DNA from: an uncultured Spirochaetota bacterium
GTDB lineage: Bacteria; Spirochaetota; Spirochaetia; SZUA-6; Fen-1364
NCBI GenBank assembly: GCA_963745235.1
Contig: CAVUXE010000091.1
Span: 37,477 to 101,476, forward strand
DNA: 64,000 bases
Direction of reading: 5' to 3'
The stretch's first letter is position 1, and each line of letters starts with the position of its first letter. The position numbers and the translations under genes were made by a program. Below the pieces are notes generated by a model that worked only from the letters and a program-made list of their open reading frames with translations, ran no database searches and was not told the DNA's origin. This document shows positions 57,640 to 64,000 of this stretch, piece after piece.

Positions 57640-58815
57640 ATGGAGAAGCCCAAGCGTCCCTACTCCCTCTTCAAACGGCCTACCGCCAAGCAATACACGT
57701 TCATCTACTACTGCCGATTCCGGGATGAGAACGGCAACTACATGTCGCCAATCTCGACCCTTCAGTTCTCCAAGGCCGCGGCCCGCAACTGGGCTGACCA
57801 GAAGCTCAAAGAGGGCAAGATCGTCCTCCCCGGGAAGCGTGGAACCCCTTTCGAGACCTTCGCAGAGGGCTTCTGGGACTATGAGGGCGAGTACATTCAA
57901 CGGAAGCTTGCCCGAGGAGGACACTTCTCCAAGATCTTTGCGCAAATCCGCGAGGGACATGTCAGAAAGTGGATCCTGCCTCATTTCAAGGGACAGCCGA
58001 TTGGCAGCATTCGCCGGCATCAGATCGAGTCTTGGGCCATGGAGCTCTACAAGACTTCCGGCCTTGTCCCGGCAAGTGTCAATCGCGTCCTCGACTGCAT
58101 GAAGGTGATGATGAAGGAGGCCCTTCGCCGCGGCTACGTGAACGCTGACCCGGCAGTAGGCGTTGAGTCATTCACGGAGAAGTACAAGGTTCGGGGGATC
58201 ATCACCCCTGAAGAGATCAACGCGCTCTTCAGCAAAGACGCGCTCTCATCGATCTGGAAAGGCGAACGAGTCTTCTTCGTCGCCTCACTGCTTGGAGTCG
58301 CGACCGGACTGCGTCAAGGGGAAGTCCGCGGCCTTCGAAATCAGGATGTCCACCAGGACTATGTTGCTGTATGCGGATCATGGGAGGAACGAAATGGCCT
58401 CCATGGTGCCAAGTGGGGCTCAGAACGGATCGTGCCCATACCATCACGGGTCGCAGATGAACTTGGCACGCTCGCGCAAGATGCCCGATATCGTGATCCC
58501 GAGGATCTCGTCTTCGCTGGCGAAGCCCGCGGAGAACCCATCAAAAAGGAAGACCTCGAGGCCCATTTCTATTCTGCGTTGGCAGCCATCGGGATCACTG
58601 ACGAGATCAGGCGCAAGCGAGTTCTCGTCTGGCATTCCTTGAGGCACACCTTCAACTCTGTCATGAAAGGCAGAATCGATTCCGCGAAGTTGATGAAGAT
58701 TGTAGGACATCGGCAAGAGTCGACAAACATGCGGTACACGCACGCCTTGCCGAAAGACCTCGAAGATGTACGTGCTTTGCAGGAGAACCTCATCGGCAAG
58801 GGGATAGCGGACTGA
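57640..58815 (+). CDS. tyrosine recombinase/integrase
   Basis: Catalytic R in TGLRQGEVRGL, K in GAK, HSLRH, VGH and Y in NMRYTH; N-terminal arm-binding-like beta region. Confidence 0.93.
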   Translation: MEKPKRPYSLFKRPTAKQYTFIYYCRFRDENGNYMSPISTLQFSKAAARNWADQKLKEGKIVLPGKRGTPFETFAEGFWDYEGEYIQRKLARGGHFSKIFAQIREGHVRKWILPHFKGQPIGSIRRHQIESWAMELYKTSGLVPASVNRVLDCMKVMMKEALRRGYVNADPAVGVESFTEKYKVRGIITPEEINALFSKDALSSIWKGERVFFVASLLGVATGLRQGEVRGLRNQDVHQDYVAVCGSWEERNGLHGAKWGSERIVPIPSRVADELGTLAQDARYRDPEDLVFAGEARGEPIKKEDLEAHFYSALAAIGITDEIRRKRVLVWHSLRHTFNSVMKGRIDSAKLMKIVGHRQESTNMRYTHALPKDLEDVRALQENLIGKGIAD

Positions 58816-59033
58816 ACTTGATGCGGTTTCAGGTGCATTCCTCAGCACCCAAAGCGCCTGAGCGCCCCGCTGAAGTGAGGTAGCCCAGGATATCTGCCGG
58901 TGGCATTGAGCTTGTGCACGCTGACGTGGCGATCACGGAGAGGTACAGATCGCTATGCTTGGCGTTTCGGCCTTACCCGTGGATAATGGTGCCAGTCTCT
59001 ATCGATTGTTCGTGACAAGAGGGACCAGCATCG

Positions 59034-62000
59034 ATGAAAATGACCATCCAGTCCGCAATAGCAGCATTTGGGGTCGAAGCGAAACAGAAACTGTCAAACC
59101 CTGCCGTGACCGGTCAACCGGAGGAGCAACTGCGAGCGCCTTTCGAGGCGCTGCTCAAAGATATCGCGGAATTGTGCGGCCTTCCACGCGACAAGGTGGT
59201 GGCAGTAGGCGAGTCGTCGCTTGACAATATCAAGACCCGTCCCGATTACGCGGTCAGCGTTCAGGGTGCGCTGGCGGGATTCGTGGAACTCAAGGCTCCG
59301 GGCAAGGGCGCAGACCCACGCAAGTTCAAGGACTCCCATGACAAGGAACAGTGGGAAAAACTCCGTTCACTTCCGAACTTGGTTTACACTGACGGAAATT
59401 CTTTCAGCCTCTGGCAGAACGGCGAGCTGGTAGGACCGATTCTCACCTTGACCGGTGACATCGAATTGTCAGGAAAGGAGCTTCGATCGCCTCCAGGGAT
59501 TGTGAAGCTTTTTGCTGATTTTCTACAGTGGGAACCAATCCCCCCCAATAATGCCAGAGACTTGGCTCACATCAGTGCCCGGCTTTGCCGCCTGCTGCGA
59601 GATGAGGTGACGGAGCAACTGACACTTGGCAGTGAGGCACTTACCGCGCTGGCCACCGATTGGCGCAAGCTGTTGTTTCCAGATGCGACGGACGAAAGAT
59701 TCGCTGACGGATACGCTCAAGCCGTGACCTTCGGTCTCTTGATGGCACGGGCGAGAGGCATCAGCCTAAAAGCCGGTCTTCAGCAGGTCGCCGGCGAACT
59801 CAACGCAGTCAGCACTCTTATCGGCGAGGCACTTCGACTGCTCACCTATGACGCCGACAACCAGAGATCGCTCAGAACCTCGCTGGAGACTTTGACGCGG
59901 GTTCTTGAGGCGGTCAATTGGGCCACTATCAGCAAGCGTAGGCACCCTTCCACACCCCAGGCCGAACACTCCAAGGCCGAGACATGGCTGTACTTCTACG
60001 AGGATTTTCTTGAAGTATATGACAATGAGCTCCGCAAGAGAACGGGCTCCTACTACACCCCGCCGCAGGTCGTGGCGGCAATGGTTTCTCTCGTCGATCA
60101 AGCGCTACGCGGGCCAAGCTTCGGGCTTCACGCTGGGCTGGCGTCTTCTTCCGTTACGTTGGCCGACCCTGCGGTGGGCACCGGAACTTTCCTCCTCGGC
60201 GTGCTTCAGAGAATCAGCCAGACTGTAAGATCGGACGAGGGAGAAGGAACAGTCAGCGCTGCCATTCACGAGGCTTTGCAGCGTCTGATAGCCTTCGAGG
60301 TGCAACTTGGTCCTTTTGCCGTGGCGCAATTGCGAGTGCTCGCCGAGATTATGGACTTGACCGGCTCACCGCCGACGACTCCGACCCGCATGTATGTTAC
60401 AGACACACTTGGTGATCCCGAGGACTACGAGGGTTGGGTACCCAGCATGTACGGGGAAATTGCTAAGTTTCGCAGAGAAGCGAACAGGATAAAGCGCGAT
60501 CAGCCCATTACGGTTGTCCTGGGCAACCCACCCTACAAAGAGAAGGCCAAGGGACTTGGCGGCTGGATTGAGGGGAGAAATGGGAAAGCGGAGAAGGCAT
60601 CGCCCCTTGCGGAATGGATGCCACCCAGAGAATGGGGCGTTGGTACACACGCCAAACACTTGCGGAATCTATATGTCTATTTCTGGCGATGGGCAACCTG
60701 GAAGGTCTTTGATCATCATCCCACCAACAACACGGGCATCGTGTGTTTCATCACCGTCGCCGGGTTTCTGAACGGCCCGGGATTCCAGAAGATGCGGCAC
60801 TACCTGCGTCATACGTGCGATGAGATATGGGTGATCGATTGCTCGCCGGAGGGACATCAGCCTGAGGTCAACACCCGCATTTTTCAAGACGTTCAGCAGC
60901 CCATCTGCATTGTCATGGCTTCTCGATCTTCTAGCAGCCACCCCGACACACCCGCAAATGTCTGGTTTCGGTCACTTCCAGCCGGCCATCGGGAGGAGAA
61001 GTTCAAGGCATTACAGGCAGTCCGCTTGGACGGGCAGGGCTGGCTTGCATGCCCTCGTCCCGAGATCAAGCCGGGCGTTGATTTCGACAACGAGCCCGAC
61101 TGGCGCGCCCCCTTCCTCCCGGCATCAGCCGGTGCATGGTCAACCTATCCGAAGCTGGAAGACCTGTTCATTTATAACGGTTCAGGAGTCATGCCCGGGC
61201 GTACATGGATCATCGCACCGGACGCCGACTCCTTGCATCGGCGCTGGCAGACTCTCGTGAAGGCGGGCGAAGCTGAGAAGGAACGACTCTTTCATCCCCA
61301 CTTGCGCAATGGCAAGCCCGGCGACAAACATGTCAATCGCGTCGTCAAGGAAGGCTTGCCCGGATACGCTGCGAATGGGAAACCGGTAGCCAAAGAGACG
61401 GCTCGTGCTTGGAACCAGTTCACTATGGTTTCCGCTCGTTCGACCGGCAGTGGATCATTCCAGACAATCGCCTCATAAACCAACCGAATCCGAGGCTGTG
61501 GGATGTAAGGTCCGGACATCAGGTATACCTTACCGAGCTGGCAAGGTTCTCTCCGACAAGTGGACCTGCCCTCACTGTCACTGGTCTGATCCCTGATCTG
61601 CATCACTATAAGGGCTCATTCGGTGGTCGCGTTTACCCGCTTTGGGCCGATGCTGCGGCAAATATACCTAACATCCGCCCAAAGCTTTTGTCATTCCTGA
61701 GCCTTCGCTGGGAGAAAGATATTACTGCGGATGTCTTGGTCGCCTACGTGGTCGCGGTTGCAGCCCATCCAGCTTTCGCAAAGCGCTTCAGAAAAGACCT
61801 TGCCACACCGGGACTGCATATCCCCCTGACTGCCGATCGAACCATCTTCAAGGAGGCCGTTCGTATCGGTCGGAAGGTTATCTGGCTACACACGTTTGGG
61901 GATCGAATGGTCGACCCAACGGACGGTCGCCCCGCTGGCCCACCACGTCTGCCCCATGATCGCGCGCCAACTATCCCAAAAGAAGGTGCCATCCCGGAGG

Positions 62001-62416
62001 ACGTTTCGGGCATGCCGGATTCAATCGACTACGATGCAGGCAAGAGGAGGCTTTTGGTCGGAAAAGGGTACGTCGACAAAGTGGATCCAGCAGTGTGGAG
62101 CTATGAGGTGTCTGGCAAACAGGTGTTGACCCAGTGGTTCAGCTACCGAAAAAAGAACCGCGAGCGACCCATAATCGGAGACCGTCGACCTCCGTCGCCG
62201 CTTGGCGATATACAGCCTGCGTGTTGGTTGGCTGAGTATACGACCGAATTGATCAATGTCCTCAACGTGCTTGGTCTGCTTGTCGAGCTTGAGCCCAAGC
62301 AAGCGGAATTGCTGGAGAAGATCTGTACAGGTCCTACCTTTTCCAGTGGGGAGATGCGAGCGGCCGGAGTATTCGAAGTTCCAGCAAAATCAAGCCGTAG
62401 CTCCAGACGGGCTTAA
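59034..62416 (+). CDS. single-chain restriction-modification enzyme (Type IIG / Type ISP-like, N6-adenine MTase), frameshift near 61400
   Basis: PD-(D/E)xK-like RPDYAV..FVELK; GSYYTP; motif I ADPAVGTGTF; motif IV GNPPY; C-terminal YGFRSFDRQW..VWSYEVSGKQVLTQWFSYRK resembling the Type ISP C-terminal specificity domain. Confidence 0.88.
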
Positions 62417-62458
62417 GGGTCTGACAAAGATAAAAAAACAAAGTCATCGAGAGGCTTA

Positions 62459-62562
62459 GTGGTCCATTTCGTAAGTACGGTGACGTGAGGAAGCTTCGTG
62501 AAGGCGCCAAACAGAGGGTGCTCGCTGCGTGAATATGTCATCAAGATTACGAAACGGACCAC
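62459..62562. repeat. MITE-like / long hairpin element
   Basis: GTGGTCCATTTCGTAA (62459-62474) and TTACGAAACGGACCAC (62547-62562) are inverted with 15/16 match; further inner pairing. Confidence 0.65.
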
Positions 62563-62648
62563 CCAGGAAAAGGGCTTCAATCGATATTTCCTTTGTAGAC
62601 ACGTCCGCAGAAAGGGAACCATTGTCTACGTTATGAAGACATCCTGAA

Positions 62649-62693
62649 GGTTAGCAGGGGCAGGATTTGAACCTGCGACCTCCGGGTTATGAG
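62649..62693 (-). other. 3' half of a tRNA-Met(CAT) gene, att-site relic
   Basis: Minus strand CTCATAACCCGGAGGTCGCAGGTTCAAATCCTGCCCCTGCTAACC: anticodon loop, T arm and acceptor 3' strand of an initiator-type tRNA-Met; 5' half absent. Confidence 0.85.
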
Positions 62694-62704
62694 AACGAAG
62701 ATCC

Positions 62705-62730
62705 CTTGTAATGGCTTGTATCCGCTTGTA
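62705..62730. repeat. CTTGTA x3 with exact 10 bp period
   Basis: CTTGTA at 62705, 62715 and 62725, immediately beside the tRNA fragment. Confidence 0.65.
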
Positions 62731-63213
62731 AGTTACTCTATGCTAAGAAAGGAATTAATGCAAGTACTATTAGATTGTCTTGGATGCTCCAGCAGCTGTT
62801 TGTATCCATTAGCGCCCCTTCCATTCTACATCTTTTGGGTTCAGTCTTTCCGCTCCTGCCCCCTACCCCATCGTTGCATAGTCTCAAGGTTCTCTATTGC
62901 CCGTCCCAACTGACGCCAATCCAAGCATCGAGTCGGCTTAGGAAGGACCAGAGCTTGCGCGCAACCAACCATGACCGCAACCGCCGACCCCTATGGCGAT
63001 CTGGTTGCCGCATCCTTCCGGATGGGCGTTTCTATCACGGCATAGGCGCCGGAGTTTGCCGGCGCTATCAAGGAGACGATGTTTTCCCCGATGAGGTGGG
63101 GGGCATCATTCAGCGGAAGCCGTCGACAGAAAATCTGTCTATCGGTGACGTCAATTTCACGTATCCGCGAAGGAACTCAAAGAGAATTGTCGGTTGCCGT
63201 TGGATTTTTGTAC

Positions 63214-63929
63214 TCAATATCCCAGGGAGTCATCACGCTCACGCGCTTTTCTGTCATGTATCCGAAATACATCGAGAGCAAGCGCCCGACACTGCGCGCT
63301 GACGGCCTCCCAATCAGACCACTCTTTTTTGATACCCTTGTATTCCTTCAGATTGACCTCGTCTAGGTCAAATGGCCTCGGGTCGGCCAACTGCACCTGA
63401 AGCTGCATGAGAGCCGACTCGCCGGAGGGCTGCGGATAGAGCGTGTCGAACGGCCGCAAAGCCTCACGGCTGCCTGCTTGGCCAAGGTGACTTGATAAGG
63501 CCGCCACGTCGATATAGTCCCTGGAGCGTTTCGCCTGAGAACCAGAACACCCTTGATACGCAACATCTCCGCCTCCGTGGGAAGCGTAATCGATAGCGAT
63601 GCCACTTGCACCGTTGTTGTTTCCAGCGGCGTTTTCCTCACGAGCTGCCGGATGCCCGTTTCTATCCCGTCTAAAGACCCAAGGATTTGAACGGGTCTAT
63701 TGATGCGTGCGGTCTTCAGCCTGCAACCGATTCCAGATTGGCGAGAACGTCGTCGAACCTCTGTTGCAAGTCTGACACAATATGGTCTGCGTCCATTGAT
63801 TGGCGATGTTCGGCATAGAGCGCAGCAGCAGTCCCTCCAACGAGCGTTGCTCCCGGCAACAAGCTGTTGAAGGTGAGCCGCTGCTGAGAGAACTCTTTCC
63901 CAGTCAGGAAGCAGCTCGTTGTTTGGCAT
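63214..63929 (-). CDS. AbiEii/DUF1814-like nucleotidyltransferase (putative toxin), ~3 frameshifts
   Basis: Reassembled from ORFs 63363..63929, 63716..63985 and 63214..63507: LVGGTAAALYAEHRQSMDADH (NTase GG..R.S.D.D motif), EMLRIK and RN..RDYID. Confidence 0.7.
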
Positions 63930-64000
63930 ACTCTCTCCACAGAATGTACCTCTGGTTCGGGCGTGTGGAACGGTCGCTCTCGCAAATGCGAAGAATCTTT
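63904..64000 (-). CDS. C-terminus of a small partner protein (putative antitoxin), partial
   Basis: Manual translation KILRICESDRSTRPNQRYILWREYAKQRAAS-stop, overlapping the NTase start by 26 bp. Confidence 0.5.
   Translation of the reverse strand, partial: KILRICESDRSTRPNQRYILWREYAKQRAAS

Larger units (their letters stand above)
57519..64000. mobile_element. tRNA-Leu-anchored genomic (defence) island; right end not in window
   Basis: Integrase directly after the tRNA, visibly lower GC and different codon usage, RM and toxin-like cargo, second tRNA att relic. Confidence 0.8.

Noticed and set aside
61390-61410. Phase variation or programmed frameshift in the RM gene
   Set aside because: Only a GG dinucleotide, with no long homopolymer or slippery heptamer; same pattern as the other indels in the window.
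62417-62660. Integron attC site after the RM gene
   Set aside because: No proper RYYYAAC...GTTRRRY pair bounding the hairpin, the nearby GTTAGC belongs to the tRNA fragment, and the integrase shows no IntI-specific features.
62775-63302. 175 aa + strand ORF in the island
   Set aside because: No RBS or motif, atypical composition, and it overlaps the att arm and the NTase 3' end.
63716-63718. In-frame TGA in the NTase as selenocysteine or readthrough
   Set aside because: The downstream sequence continues in a different frame; a missing G (TGG AAG) explains it.

Overview
GC-rich bacterial chromosome segment, most likely an uncultured member of Spirochaetia. This is inferred from a stand-alone FliG paralogue, a long Borrelia/Treponema-type thymidine kinase and tRNA genes without encoded CCA. 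About 15 otherwise intact genes are split by single-base indels, which points to long-read assembly error rather than decay. Left to right: (1) an arabinofuranosidase (GH51)/sugar ABC operon whose binding-protein gene is cleanly interrupted by a ~1.8 kb IS1182-like element with a visible target duplication; (2) two MFS transporters; (3) housekeeping genes, including an EndoQ(PHP)-UvrD fusion, P-type ATPase, tdk, glpK, tRNA-Phe, fliG and asnS; (4) a sugar cluster with a soluble LacI-type-sensor histidine kinase, response regulator, GH3, PIG-L deacetylase and ROK regulator; (5) paaK-ACT, Fpg/Nei, FGGY kinase, malQ-GH13, rdgB, a sigma-like protein, nrnA and an M24 peptidase; (6) a COG2403 (arginine synthetase ArcE-like) gene coupled to ornithine carbamoyltransferase, then amn and nagA. 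From 57.5 kb a lower-GC island begins at tRNA-Leu(GAG). It carries a tyrosine integrase, a helicase-less Type ISP-like/IIG restriction-modification enzyme, a ~104 bp inverted-repeat element, the 3' half of a tRNA-Met (att relic) with phased repeats, and an AbiEii-like nucleotidyltransferase with a small partner running off the window. No CRISPR array or rRNA was seen. I found no clear-cut novel system; the best leads are the nested defence island, the ArcE-OTC pair and the EndoQ-UvrD fusion. All calls are from reading the sequence and recalling family motifs; no searches were run.
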